Shown here: positions 24,883 through 38,808 of the stretch, one piece after another
Layout: every line of letters starts with the position of its first letter
Numbering within the stretch: position 1 is the first letter of the stretch
Made by a program: the position numbers and the translations under genes
Notes under the pieces: generated by a model
What the model saw: only the letters and a program-made list of their open reading frames with translations
What the model was told of the DNA's origin: nothing
Databases searched by the model: none
DNA from: Laetmonice hystrix
Lineage: Eukaryota
Assembly (NCBI GenBank): GCA_965235115.1
Contig: OZ249436.1
Coordinates: 21,826,001-21,890,000 of the forward strand
DNA: 64,000 nucleotides
Direction: 5' to 3'

Positions 24883-25739
24883 TCGGGTGGATAAAAAAAC
24901 CGCCCCGAACTTTAAACTTTAATATTTCAAAAACTATGCATTATAATTCAATAAAATTTCTCTTAATATCACTTCATGATATTATCTCTGGTATGTTACA
25001 GTTTCAACTCAATAGTTTTGACATTAATCCCGTGGCGCTAAAAACAAAAATCAGTGTCTAAAAACGCAATGCCGGAATTAGGTCAAATATCATGCAGCTG
25101 CCAGGTGTCCAATTTGATACCTGTTTGATGCACCGCGTTGTACCTTGGGTAAAAACATTTTCAATATTTAGTTTTTGCATGTTTTACAATATGTATAATG
25201 TTGTGGACCACTAGATATAATAAATTATGTGCTACTCCTAGTACTTCTAGAGAAAAACAGATGTTTAATGTGCCACCCTACAGAGAAACTGCAACATTAG
25301 GACGATATGACTGTAACCAGAAGTTCAAGGGAAATCGTATCATTATCACGTTTAGCAACACATTCAGAACGTTGCATATTTCCCAATCTTGGGAAGATAC
25401 ATGTATTTCCCTATCAGAGATCAGGAAGTGTATTGGCTCATGGAAAAAGAGACTGAGAGCAGTATGAAGTGAAAACGGGGGACCGATTGACCACCTACTC
25501 TAGTGTGAGGCCAGGCACTCTGGGTGCGACTACACGTCACTTTAGCACGGCATTGCGCTTTTGTACAATGATTTTTGTTTTTAGCCCCACGGAAATATTA
25601 TCCAAGCTATTGACTTGTAACATGAACAACTAAGAGACAACATCATGAAGTGATATGAAGAAAATTTTCATTGAATTACAATCATTACTTTTTGAAATAT
25701 TGAATTTTAAATTTCGGGGCGTTTTTTTTATCCACCCGA
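24883..25739 (+). mobile_element. TA-flanked MITE (Tc1/mariner-like), long imperfect TIRs
   Basis: ta|tcgggtggataaaaaaa ... ttttttatccacccga|ta. A second copy lies inverted at 44860-45692. Confidence 0.8.
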
Positions 25740-25954
25740 TATATCAACGAAAGATGAAATAACATATCACATATGATGATATTTTTGATTTAAACCCGTT
25801 CATGATGAAGCAACCTTGTGACAGTGAGCCATCACGATTCACGACCATGAGGACCATGTTACGTGTACGATGTGGTGCAGGAGGTCAAGCGGCATCTGAT
25901 TATCTGGTTTTCACTGTTCGAGCCAGGTGTGATCCTTGCAATGATCAACAGATT

Positions 25955-26225
25955 AATTAGAAATTAGAATTAGAATAAGAATAGAAATAGAAGATTTATT
26001 AATTAAATATAAATATAATATAACTATAGATATAATAAATATAGATATAATATTAAATAAATATAGAATTATAGATTAATTATAGAATTAATTATATGAA
26101 CCTTAAGTATAGAATTAAGTATGGAATTAAATATAAAATTAAATATAAAATTAAATATAGAATAATAGATATAGATTATAAATATAGAATTATAGATTAA
26201 CAATAGAAAATATCAGATTAATTAT
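25955..26225. repeat. AT-rich low-complexity tract (tagaatt/aatatag motifs)
   Basis: Directly visible. Confidence 0.8.
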
Positions 26226-26905
26226 AGGTTGCAATGAACTCGAGGCAGCCTCAAAATGAAACCAGGATAATTGTGTATACCTATTTTTGTAATCAAGTTT
26301 TTCCTTTTAATGTGCTGGGAGGTCTGTCATGGTAGGAGACAAAAAGGTTTATTCCTCCAAGGGATAATTTTTGCTTTGATTACAGTTTACTTTGAATGGG
26401 CTGGGAGGCCTGTCGTGGCTTAAGACGAAAGGTGTATTCGTCCAAGAAATGGCCAAACAACATCATGGCCATTTCACATCTTATCAGTTACGTTCGTGGG
26501 TATCGTGACTGGATACTGAATGGATGTGACCTTTGTAATAGGCCTACATTAAAATCTATCTGAAAAAGACATGTTTTGTATTTCTTTTTTTCTTCAAAGT
26601 TGATTCTGCTTAATTCCTTTGTATTTACACGTAATCCATGAAAATCACGCCCTCTGTTTCAGGTATATAAGTCCCCCTTTACAGTACTGGACTGCGTTCT
26701 CTTGGTTCAGAAAAGAAAAGAAATTATAACACCTATTTACAAATGATGACGAGTTTCTGACGAATTGTTGACGAATTGATGAGTTTACCTTCGTCAGACA
26801 GGAAGATATGAGTACCCAAAACTGCTTGGATTGAGTATAGGCAAAACTACTCAGATTGACGAATGTTTGAGTAGTTTTTGCCCGCTGAGATTTTCTGTGT
26901 ATTAA

Positions 26906-27245
26906 AGGTGCTATTCGTGAACAAAAAAACAATTGTTTTATTTTGAATTTTGTTGACGTTTATGTGATCTCACCTATCATGGAAAAAGATTCACAACAAA
27001 GGAAATCAAAATTTTTCATGGATAACGGCACAAATGGGGCTCTCTCAGAAGGCCTGTGGAGACTCTGACACGCCCCACCATAGGAAATGGCTCTATCTCG
27101 GTGCGCACCGAGATAGGTTTCAAATGCTGCACACAAACTAATAGAAGGTTTATCAGGCCGATGGTATCGGTAGGAATTTTTTCTAGTACTATGTGCACAA
27201 TGTATGATAGGAGAAATGCCATTCTGTGCGAGACGAATAGCACCT
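26906..27245. mobile_element. Non-autonomous Kolobok-like MITE (TTAA TSD, AG..CT)
   Basis: ttaa|aggtgctattcgt ... acgaatagcacct|ttaa. Confidence 0.78.
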
Positions 27246-27831
27246 TTAAAACCCCGCCACAGCTCCTGACTGGTGCTTGGACCGTCAATATAGACAATAT
27301 CGCATTATACAATGCTCTCTCAGCTGCAGCAGAACATATATTGGGGGCCCACTTTGCAAAAATTTCTATCAGGCCAAAGGAAAATACGTTTGGATAAAAA
27401 CCAACACCAAAAAACTAGGGTCTTGATTACCACATAGATATTATAGGAATCTGAGTATGTGATTCCTTGGGATGTCACTAGGCGGCGCTCCTTCCCTTTC
27501 TTAGTTGGCGCGAAATTCGCTCTGGTCATTAGCATTCTTCAGTTGGTGCGTAGTTTCGTGTTTATTTAGTAATTATCAGTTATCACATTCATTATCCCAT
27601 ATGAGCCTTTAATCTTGGTTATAACAATTATTATGTTGAATAAATATTAAAGTAAGCGCCTTTTGGTTTTAGCCTTAGTGACATCCCAGTTAATCCACAA
27701 TCTCGTAAGGCATAATAAATCTTCATAAGCCATACGATTATTGGGGCATATCTATCTCATTGCCAAAGATATAGGCCTAGTACATGTTGCTGATGCAAAG
27801 GATAATAATGAGGTACTGTGTCGCCGCCTTT

Positions 27832-28118
27832 TCCGCATGGCGGCAGCACTGTGCAAGTCGGTTCAGGAGGAGACATTTTTAGCATAGAATTAGATAGGCT
27901 GATATCTGCTAATCTGTGGCTGGTTGTCATACCGACATTTGTTCTAAAAAGGTATCACAAATTTTAGCTTTCATTTACTGCTGTCCATATGAGTCAATAT
28001 CGTTTAGTAATGATAAGGCTAGGTCATTTACAGCACATTAGCATTTCGTCATCCTATCTAAACTTGTGCTAATGTACTCGAGCAACGACTGACGTGCACA
28101 GTGCTGCCGCCATGCGGA
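27832..28118. mobile_element. Small inverted-repeat element
   Basis: tccgcatggcggcagcactgtgca is mirrored by tgcacagtgctgccgccatgcgga. A related half copy lies at ~20575-20651. Confidence 0.55.
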
Positions 28119-30457
28119 TTTGACTGGAAATCCCCATTGCGCATGCGTCTAATGTACCCTATTATAAAAAGGCCCCGTCAGAGTCAGAGCTCCTGACTGG
28201 CAATTAAGGGACTAATTATCTGTGGGTCCAGGAACTATGCATACTTTGTATTTTTGGAATACAATCCATGAGTCACAAAGAAAATTCATGTCTTCATCCC
28301 TCATTCTTAATAAGTGGATATCTTAGTCCCTGACCTTGATTGACCTCACTTGTAAGGTCATTCAATGTAAAGGGAAATGGTGACAAATGAAACTAAATAT
28401 GACTTCCTAACCTTAGTTTATATATGGTTACCTTGTTTATTATATCTGAACACAAAATAAATTGGCACGCTGTTGCCCTTTAGCCTACATGCCTTCTCTT
28501 GTAACCAAGTTTGAAAGAAATCCAAACAATTTTGTCAAAAGTTATTGCTCTAAATGTGTTCATATCCAAAATGGCCACCAAGTGGCTTTTCTGAATGATC
28601 TCAAAAATATGTTTGACCTGTGTCATCCTTAGATTGTCTCTGATCATTATGTAATGTTTCATGCAAGACGTGGCTGCTTGATTTTGCTGAAGCACTGTTG
28701 TTGTTTACTTTTACGGCGCAGACTGTCAAAATATGATGCCACACAAACAACTTGCGACTCTAGCTGATTTCCCTCCGCAAATGTAGTTCCTAATATTTCA
28801 TCAGATATTTCTCTTTTACGGTGAATGTCACTTGTTTTAATCTCGGTTTGGGGATTTAGAGGTACGTTAAATTTTATAGATACCATAAAGGGCGGCCGAC
28901 TTTGCAAAAACAGGGTTAAACGCCCAGGGGCCCGGGTAGTGAAGCGAGCCCCTCTGCATTATGGTAGATTGATAGGTAATATTACGATTTTGTATATTCT
29001 GATTGCTGTGTTAGTAGAAACAAAAATCATGGTTTCCTGAAACACACCACGCTATTATTTCAATGTGTTTAATAATTCACATTCGCCGATTTTACACAGG
29101 AGCTGGTCTATAACACATTCGGCCACCCCGCCTCCGTCTGGTTGATTATTCCATGCCGTCATTTGGAACGCTATCAACAAATCTCAGTGGCGGATCTAGG
29201 GGGGGGGGGTTGTGGGGTTGCACCCCCCCCCCCACCTCAGCTGCTGACTATTATGTTATGATGGTGAAAATGGAGCAAAACAAACCGGACCCTTTGCAGG
29301 GGTCCCTTCAGTAGACCTCTACACCTTCACTCAAACATCAACCCCCCCCCCCTTTCCTGAAAGCTAGATCTGCCCCTGAATCAGTTATTGTGCATCACCC
29401 TCAGACTGCCGCGAGCAGATCTGATGTGTGAATCGAATAGCCTACGAGAGTTCTCGCATTCATGCAAGCCAGCAAGCAAGCAAGAATTACTTATGTTCAC
29501 GAACTTTCCATCCGAGAGTATAAAATTACCATGGCCGCACTGTTGTGTTAGTAGGCGCACACTAGGCGTAAAAGGGTATTTCTGCCTGTAAAAGTTGGCG
29601 CCTTCCAAAAGATGTCAATCGATGGGCTCTAGTTGAGATGGGTCTGATTTGCTGCATAATTATGTAGGCTGGTGCCACCTGGGGGATTGTCTGAGAACTA
29701 ATAATAGTATAGTTCGGACTGTGCCCGCTAGGGAGTTACCACACCGGTTAGATCACAAGCACATTTCACCAGAATGGCTCACAAAATATCACTACGCCTG
29801 CCGCACAGCAAGCGAGATATAGTTCCATAGTATTTGGCAAACTATAAGAATATTGGTGTTTTCTACCAGTCTGCACATAGTGTTTGATATTCGTGGAACT
29901 AACACTATAAATTATTTGGGCTTTGATTTTCTATCTGACTGTCCTATTTTTTATAATGTATCCCTCGTGCCCAATTTAATATGTACACATGTAACTCCCT
30001 ATAGCTTCAGCCTCATACCTTTTTAATGATTATTTATATTATTATCTGAGTTAAATACTCAAGAGGAAACACCATGTTATCTGGACATCGATCATATGAC
30101 CCTACCCACGGGGTGTACGAAGAGCAGGGAACCAACGGGCTAAAAATAGTACACCGGGGGCTATCCCAGAGGCCGATGGTACCTCGGATAATTACGGAGA
30201 AATCAGAATTTCGGGCCAGAGTGGAGAAACTCCTAAATCAGGCACAAACTCGAATCCTTGCCGATAGATGGCTTTAATAGTAGGCCTGGTAAAATGGTTG
30301 CTTTAAAAACAGGCTTCAATACATTTCCCAATGCTTAGGATTGGTTATGCTGAATTCAATGAGATCATTTCCATTTTTCGCCATCGTAGGGAGACTGAGA
30401 GGAGACTACTGCTGAGTTCTTACGTTACACGATTGCGTTGTAAGTGTATACGCGCGT

Positions 30458-31995
30458 TGTTACAACCGCTAATGTAATAACGCCCACTATTGTAATAACT
30501 GGGGTGCCAGGGGGGTACCAGGGAAGTACCACCAGAGTACCGGACAGGACCAGGGGAGCATTTTTGGGGTACCCTCTGAGTACCCTCTGGGTACCCCCTG
30601 GGTACCCAGAGGGTACCAACCGGGGGGTACCAGGGAAATACTACTGGAGTACCGGACAGGACCAGGTGATCATTTTGGGGGTACCCCCTGAGTACCATGT
30701 GGTACTTCCCTGGTACCCCCCTAGCACCCCAGTTATTACAATAGCGGTTGCGTTCGCCAGAATTCGCAACCGCTATTGTAATAAAACTTTGTTCAAGGGC
30801 TACCGACCAGATCGGTACCTGAGGGTACCCAGGGGGTACCCAGATGGTACTCCGGGGGTACCCCCAAAATGCCCACCTGGTCCTGTCCGGTACTCTGGTG
30901 GTACTTCCCTGGTACCCCCCCCCTAGCACCCCGGTTATTATAATAGCGGTTGCGTTCGCCAGAATTCGCAACCGCTATTGTAATAAAACTTTGTTCAAGG
31001 GCTACCGACCAGATCGGTACCTGAGGGTACCCAGGGGGTACCCAGATGGTACTCCGGGGGTACCCCCAAAATGCCCACCTGGTCCTGTCCGGTACTCTGG
31101 TGGTACTTCCCTGGTACCCCCCTAGCACCCCAGTTATTACAATAGCGGTTGCGTTCGCCAGAATTCGCAACCGCTATTGTAATAAAACTTTGTTCAAGGG
31201 CTACCGACAAGATCGGTACCTGAGGGTACCCAGGGGGTACCCAGATGGTACTCCGGGGGTACCCCCAAAATGCTCACCTGGTCCTGTCCGGTACTCTGGT
31301 GGTACTTCCCTGGTACCCCCCTAGCACCCCAGTTATTACAATAGCGGTTGCGTTCGCCAGAATTCGCAACCGCTATTGTAATAAAACTTTGTTCAAGGGC
31401 TACCGACAAGATCGGTACCTGAGGGTACCCAGGGGGTACCCAGATGGTACTCAGGGGGTACCCCCAAAATGCTCACCTGGTCCTGTCCGGTACTCCAGTA
31501 GTATTTCCCTGGTACCCCCCGGTTGGTACCCTCTGGGTACCCAGGGGGTACCCAGAGGGTACTCAGAGGGTACCCCAAAAATGCTCCCCTGGTCCTGTCC
31601 GGTACTCTGGTGGTACTTCCCTGGTACCCCCCTAGCACCCCAGTTATTACAATAGCGGTTGCGTTCGTCAGAATTCGCAACCGCTATTGTAATAAAACTG
31701 TTGTCAAGGGCTACCGACCAGATCGGTACCCGAGGGTACCCAGGGGGTACCCAGATGGTACTCAGGGGGTGCCCCCAAAATGCTCCCCTGGTCCTGTCCG
31801 GTACTCCAGTAGTATTTCCCTGGTACCCCCCGGTTGGTACCCTCTGGGTACCCAGGGGGTACCCAGAGGGTACTCAGAGGGTACCCCCAAAATGCTCCCC
31901 TGGTCCTGTCCGGTACTCTGGTGGTACTTCCCTGGTACCCCCCTAGCACCCCAGTTATTACAATAGTGGGCGTTATTACATTAGCGGTTGTAACA
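30458..31995. mobile_element. TGT..ACA TIR element with 6-bp TSD and internal GGTACC-rich ~199-bp tandem repeats
   Basis: gcgcgt|tgttacaaccgctaatgtaataacgcccac ... gtgggcgttattacattagcggttgtaaca|gcgcgt. Confidence 0.85.
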
Positions 31996-34937
31996 GCGCG
32001 TACGTGTACGCATCATACTACATGTTTCACTGTGTAAGCAGGCCTAAAAGGCTAGAATTCCACACATTCGTGTATTCTTCACTTTTATTTCTCTAGAGCC
32101 TCTGGGCCTATAAAAGTTATCTTATTATGTACATGGCTATACGTAAACGTTATAACATAAAGTCAATGCATTATTTGAACGCATTAGCAAAGCCTGGCCA
32201 CACATGAACGTCAGTCTGAATAATGTACTCATCGTGGTCCATTGCCTAGCGTATATAACAGAGCTACTATAATTATGGCACCGACGCAGTGCACAATAAG
32301 TAAAGTACACCCAATAAGTAAAATCGAACCTAATCCCGAAAATCTTATGGTTCTGTTGTGGTAAGGCCGGGCTAGTTAACGAGAGAACAAAGACAAGAGC
32401 CGCCTTCCCATCAAATAAAAAAAACACAACCCTAGGCATGGCCCCTATAGAGAGCCCCGGTCCCGTGGTATACATGGAGTTACTTTCGTCTCGGCGCTAG
32501 TGGGAAGCATGCTATACCCTGTGCGCCAGCTTTGTGTGCGTGTGTGTGTGTGTGGGGGGGACTACGGAACCCGATGATCATTGTAATTTATCTTGGAAAC
32601 AAGACAGTTGAATTGAACCCCCAAAAACCTTTCTCGTTTTAGAACTCTATATAGCTCCGGACTGCGTATACTCGTGTGAGTGTGCGAAGTAGAACATTAT
32701 TATGCAGACGCACAATTTCCAATACACCGTATAGACCCCCTGCAGTGTCACTGGATTCTCATACTCGCATATATATGGGACTGTCAATTGCCTTGCCAAT
32801 CGGGAATCCTCGGCCATATCCTCGAAAGTAGCCTCGGGTGAATTGAGCGCCAGTTTGAGCATTGCATCGCGGGGACATTTAGCCGGGACATGGCAGTGCT
32901 TGCAGTATTTTGTCTGCATCAGGCATGGAAGCAACTAAAATAGGCCTCCAGTGCTTTTCCCAGAGTCAGTCGGCAATATTACGATCGTATCATGTTCATG
33001 ATACAAGTAGCCCTACCATGTGTCGTGTTGTTGTCGTTCATGGGCGCGGCTATATGGCTTCCCATAATTTGATAAATTACCGTATCACGCCGATTTAGGT
33101 AAATTAGGTGATTCATTTTTCTTCTTCAAACGTTCCCCTTCATACCAGAAATGTATATTTGCACATACAACGCTGAAGGAGCAGGCTTCAATAATTCACT
33201 ACTTCCTGGCTCGATTGGATATGACGGTTCACTCACTGCCTCGCTACACAGGTCCATTTCGCCACGTATCTGGTTGCCATAATGGCGCCCAATTCACCCG
33301 AGGGTATTTTCGAATAGCAGGAAGTGACGTCAAATGCCCGAGGGAATCCCGAATGTTGCCTCGCGTACCCGTAACGTTACTCCACGGGAATCGCTGGTGA
33401 GACATGCGTGTGTGGATTTGTGCAGGCACGAAATCTACCTACCCAAGCCCATTAAAGTTAACAGATCGAGATGTTTGCATGTTGCGGTCTATACGTACCC
33501 CCAGACACACACACCCCCACACACAGAGCACGGGTGAATTAGTTAGATAGATCTAACCTATAGTCAGCTCTCTGCTACACTCCTGACTAGGATTAGTATT
33601 CCGTTAGACTTCATTAGCACCAAACACTACCATGACAGGCTGACAGTGCCTACTGTTTTTGCGGGGCAACTTATCCTTATATTTTCCCGTGTTGACTCAC
33701 CAATTCATCAAGCTAATACTTACCCACAAGATCACACACTGATTTCTTTTGTTCTTAAAATAAGATCTAAAAGCTGTTGAATCGTAGTGCCTCTATTTAA
33801 AATTGGCGATATCCGCAACTTTCGCCACCGAAAGTAGTGCGAGATCTCGTCCTCTGTAACTGAGGAGTTTTAACGTTACCAAAATGGCGCCATTGCAGAC
33901 GTCGATTGGAAGTAGACCGTTACAGTAAAACCACCGTGTAGAGTAGGCTCTAGTGAAGGCAAGTCCCTCAGACACAATGATTTAGAACAAACAGTTATGG
34001 GTAAGTTAACCAGAAAGAGTCGTGTCCATTTGTAACTACTCGGTTATGGTAGCTAGTGTAGCTGTAGGATGCTAATCTATAACTCTAGTCAGGGGCGAAG
34101 CAGAGAACTGGCGATGGGTTAGATCTGTCTAACTATGGGATGTATGGGATCCTAGCTTTCGTCGGCAATCTTCGGATTCTCCCGAGGGGCCATCCGAACC
34201 CTCGCCATGTGAATGTACGTGTGGTCCGTCCCACCAGAGTACAAGGACCGCAAATGCGACCAAGAAATCGGTTTATTATCATGCTAAACTCATTTTAATG
34301 TTCAACTTTCAGCACGCGACAGATGGCCACATTACCCGTCTTGGGAAGATGTAGCGCCTGGGTTTATAAAAACCCATCAATGTAGTGCTGAATTAGGGCC
34401 AGATTCTGGTGGGATCTCATCCCACTGAGGGGCGAGTCCATAATCACATTATCTGATTATAACGTCGATACTTACCCCGTGTCCTTGATAAAAAGACACA
34501 CTGAAAAACTATAGTCTCAAAGTTGGATCCAGGATTACAGGCCTGGGCCGCCTTAAGGATACGGGCCCTAGGCTTCATTAGAGAAAGGCGCCGGACCCCG
34601 GGGGCTTTACGGGGTGGTTTTTGTGATTGCCCCATCCTCAGTGTCTGTAAATACGGCCTATCTTCAAACGCCATGCTATGTGTGCATGGAGTCCCAAGGC
34701 ATACTATATAGAATTCTTCCATGACCGAGGAGGGCATTCGATGGTCCACTTGGTGCATTATTTTGATTTTGATAGAGGGGGCCTACATCCCCGCTTTTGC
34801 CGCTTGCCCACCGGAAGTACATCCAGCAATCGCGCGTGTAGCCACATATACAGGGCGGGCACGAGACCCCCATTAGATAGCCACAGTTCAATAATTATAC
34901 AGCCACAAGATTTGTGTATAATATACATACATATAAA

Positions 34938-35745
34938 TCATAAATCGATCGAGTTATAAGATGGTTGTATTCCGTGTCCACGCTCCTGGCGTTGCTGGGG
35001 TTGTGTCTGGCGGGAGGTTTCTGTCTGTCTCGGCCTCATGGCATACACTTCCCGCAGAGATCGAAATGTTGGATCCTCTTCATATGTGTTGACAAGTCTG
35101 CTGGTACTCCGAGCCTGGATTATGTCCAACAGAGCCTTCATCTGTCCCACAGATCCAGCTGCAGGATCATTCGCCGGATTATCCGGGGGATAATCCACCG
35201 AATAATCGGGTGCTGGGTATTCAGCTGTATCCAAACTCGTCCTAGCATTCTCATAATCGGGATCTAGATCGACGTCTGCTATCTCGTCATAATCGTCTTC
35301 CTTCCTGGACCCGTCCGAGGTGTTGTAATAGGTGTGTTTGCCCTCGGAGTCCAGGGATAGGTAACTGTTCGCATCCTCCTCCGCCTCCCGTGCCTTCATC
35401 TCAGACTCAAAGGAGCTGTCATGGACGCTGTTGTAGATGCTTTCCTCATCTGCAGCCGGTAGAGGGGGCTGCAGGTACGGGGGCGTCTCAGGCCCTGCTG
35501 GTTGGGACGGCTGGTTGGAGAGCTGTTTTCTTAGGTGTGGGGAGTGTTGAGGAGAGTGTACGGGAGAGTGTATGGGGGAGTGGAGCGGCGAACGCATGGT
35601 GGTCTGCACCGGAAGTTGACCTATGGCGTCATCAGGAGGTAGCGTTGATGACGTCACGTTTTGATAGTAAACGTTTTTCGCTTTTGCTTCAAAGTGCGGC
35701 GGTGGGGGAGGCTGGAGTAGGAGGCGCTGGGGCTTGTTCTTGTTC
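34938..35745 (-). CDS. Exon 6, Pro-rich/acidic cytoplasmic tail with many Tyr motifs
   Basis: ttttacag acceptor in phase 2, continuing NKNKPQR..PPPPP..SIYNSV..YLSL..YYNT..YDEI..YENA..SIDL*. The six exons sum to 2409 nt (802 aa + stop). Confidence 0.82.
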
Positions 35746-36104
35746 CTGTAAAACATGTTCAGAGGGAGTGTATTAGGAATACCAGTAGAACAGTAACGGA
35801 TTGGGGTGTTTCTATACCGATCGGACGGTCCGACGCGCTTAGTGAAACACCCCATAGGCAGTTGGAGGATGCAACCACCCCACTCACGCACCCCTGGAAA
35901 CTTATGGGATCGCCCTCTAGGAATCAAATCGACGATTCTGAAGCTGGCTACAGAATCGTTGATGAAATGACCAGCAGATTTGAAAATACTAGCAATGTAT
36001 ACTAATGTGTCTTCAATAAAGGCTCTATTCCCGCTAAGTTCTTCCCGATGTCTCGATGTCCTTATGCACAATATAACCTTGTCAAACACACAGAATGTAG
36101 TTAC

Positions 36105-36207
36105 CCTTTCTTGCAGGCGACGGCACACGCTATGACGACGACAATAATGACCAGGCCCGCCACGATAAGAGAGGTGACGATAATGATGGTAAGTTCGTTG
36201 GGACTGA
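36105..36207 (-). CDS. Exon 5, transmembrane helix
   Basis: ttttgttttcag acceptor, SPNELTIIIVTSLIVAGLVIIVVVIACAVACKKG, then a GTAACT donor. Phase 1 to 2. Confidence 0.85.
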
Positions 36208-36975
36208 CTGAAAACAAAAGCGGTCGTTGAAGAGTTAAGGCGCACAAGTCACGACTGGGCCCGTCACACTATTAAAGACCTTACAGGGTTGTACGGGGGA
36301 TTTTTCAAAGGAGGTTCCGTTTCAGGACGGGGGGGGGGGGGTCCGTGGAAAATTGTTTGATTTGGGAAACCTACTTCCCGGCACCTGTGGTACAAATTCA
36401 GAGGGAAGATTTAGACATAAGTATTTCAAAGTGGCCAGGGCCGTAGCTAGGGTCCTCCACAGTACAATTTGAATACTGGTTTTCCTGGCATATGGCAACA
36501 AAATCCAAATAGGGGAGGGGGTGATCTAGGCATTTGAGAAAGGGGGTGCAGAGATATAGCTAAGGTAAACTCAGCGAGCACCCAAGGGGTGAGCTGTTCA
36601 TGCGGGGGGGGGGGTAAATTTCGACGGTCAAAAACAGTTTTCCAGGCATATGGAGATCATATCATTCTGATAGAAATGAAAAGCCTGTTGGGCCACTTAT
36701 GATGGGGCACATTTTCCGGGGTTTCACAGGATGGCAGCTGCCCCCCCCCCCGCCCCTAGCTACAGCCCTGGTAGCAATGGGAGTATGCTTACTGTAACTA
36801 GGCACTATAGATCTATGATCGTTATAGTCGTTGCCTTTTTTTGAGGAGGGTCGTAATTTTGAAAGGGGATTTGGCAACATTCACATTAATCGACAGTACA
36901 CTAATCTCAGTCTCCGTTATGGGTTGATCGACTTCCGGATATGGTTTGTGATACTGTTCAAAGTGTGACACTTAC

Positions 36976-37869
36976 TACCATCTTTAGCCTGGAGACCGGA
37001 AGGTGACGTTACGCCATCAAACATTGTTGTCGTAGAGTGAAACAGGCCTTTCTCGGTCACGTTGTCGCTGTCACTTGGCGTCTCTCTCTGAGACAGTTTT
37101 TTGTCATCGCTTGGGAACATTTCCGAAATGGTTGAGAGAGAGTTGTCTGCTACTGAAGTAGTTGTCGATTCTGGTAGTTGGTTTGCTGTAGTTGTGCCAG
37201 TTGTAGTAGTCGCGGGATGACTATTCATCACTATTTTTGTTAATATTTTTGTTGTTGGTGAGGTGGTAGTAGTTGATGTAGTTGTTGTCGTTGTTGGTGT
37301 AGTCATGGTAGTAGTTGGTGTAGTCGTAGTGGTGCTTGCTGTAGTTGTTGGTGTGGAGGTTGTAGTGGTTGGTGTAGTCGTGGTAGTGGTTGGTGTAGTC
37401 GTGGTAGTAGTTGGTGTAGTCGTAGTTGTAGTTGGCGTAGTCGTGGTAGTGGTTGGTGTAGTGGTTGTCGTTGTTGGTGGAGTCGTGGTAGTGGTTAGTG
37501 TAGTCGTTGTCGTTGTTGGTGTAGTCGTGGTAGTGGTTGGTGTAGTGGTTGTCGTTGTTGGTGTAGTCGTGGTAGTGGTTGTTGAAGTTGTGGTCGTTGT
37601 TGGTGTAGTGGTTGTCGTTGTTGGTGTAGTTGTGGTAGTGGTTGATGTAGTTGTAGTTGGTGTAGTTGTGGTTGGTGTAGTTGTGGTTGGTGTAGTGGTA
37701 GTTTTAGTAGTACGTAGTACGGTTGTTGGTGTGGATTTGGTACCGACTTTTGTAGATAACTGTTTGAACACTGTAGTTGTCGGTCTCGGGCGTCGGGTGA
37801 AACCTTGAGTTGAAGGTCTTGTTCGCATCGCTTTTGTTGCTATGGCAACCGTCGTGGTCTCTAAGGGCA
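36976..37869 (-). CDS. Exon 4, Thr/Pro-rich mucin-like stalk
   Basis: PTTTTTT repeats with synonymous codon variation. ggcag acceptor and GTAAGT donor. Phase 1 to 1. Confidence 0.85.
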
Positions 37870-38086
37870 CTGCCAATATAAATACATTGTATATTGGTTC
37901 ACCAATAGATGCTCTCTGTCATAGTTGGGATCGTTAACATTTTTAGGAATGTAGGCCTATAATATGACAACCCCCAACCCAAAAATATCTTAATTGTAAT
38001 TTTTCACGAGTATGTTTCCAGTGTCTTTCCCTTATGAAACCTTCAATATGGTCACGTCTTAATACAAAATTAATGTGCTCTCCTAC

Positions 38087-38306
38087 GTTTTATGTCCACT
38101 CCGATAGAAAACTTGGCAGGAAAAATCATTCCCGGCTCGAACTCCTCGTAGTTGTTGAGAACGGGTGGCGCGCCATCTAGCGGACGGTAAAACACCCTTT
38201 GCCTGTTGTCGTAAGTGGCCGTGATGGGCGAGATCTTGTCCTCGGTAGTCCAACCCATTCTGTCACCTCGCTCGACTATAAACGCCTCAGAGTCTGGTAC
38301 TTCAAT
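38087..38306 (-). CDS. Exon 3, extracellular globular domain
   Basis: ggcag acceptor and GTAGGA donor. IEVPDSEAFIVERGDRMGWT..FPAKFSIGVDIK. Phase 0 to 1. Confidence 0.8.
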
Positions 38307-38808
38307 CTGCCAAGATAGAAATCAGAGTACACCATCATGTAAAGTGCACGGGGTTAGATTTAAAACAAGTGTATATTGACTGGATAGGGGAGAGAAGTTG
38401 TCCTGCCCGCTCAGGTCTGACTCATGAAGGTCTGACTGAGAACTAAAGACTTCATTGCAACAGTAGGGTGATTGGATACTAGCTTCTCGCAAATAGGGTG
38501 ACGATGGCGGGTTTTGGTTCTATTTTGTTATTTTAGATTTGGGGCTATTGATTTTAAAAGAAAGCGTCTATGCAGTTCACACAGGAAGGTTGATAGGTAT
38601 AGGTATGATAGGTTGATAGGTTGATAGGTATATGCATATACAAAGAGCCTTCAGGGGCCTTCCATAAATTACGTAATCTGACCCCCCCCCCCCAAGCGTT
38701 ACGTAATTTATGGACGGCCCCTTAATACTATGCCCCTTGCAACCCCCCCCCCCTCCCCCGGCTCCATGTACTGCCCCGTACTGACACAAGACAAGAGGAC
38801 CCTCATAC

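Larger units (their letters stand above)
23685..26899. mobile_element. CAC..GTG TIR element with TA flanks, hosting nested MITEs
   Basis: ta|cacagaaaatctcag..gggcaaaaactactcaaa is mirrored by tttgagtagtttttgccc..ctgagattttctgtg|ta, giving ~90-bp imperfect TIRs. Confidence 0.75.

Noticed and set aside
30720..31700. CRISPR-like regularly spaced hairpin repeats
   Set aside because: The intervening sequences are near-identical rather than unique spacers, no cas genes are present, and the array lies inside a TIR element in eukaryotic DNA.
30420..32037. Numerous overlapping G/P/Y-rich ORFs
   Set aside because: They are by-products of a GC-rich GGTACC tandem repeat open on both strands.
35746..36245. 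N-terminal part of the 435-aa ORF
   Set aside because: It is read-through of intron sequence and the TM exon in the wrong frame. Splice signals define the real exons.
37263..37808. Poly-Val 181-aa ORF
   Set aside because: It is the antisense shadow of the Thr-rich exon.
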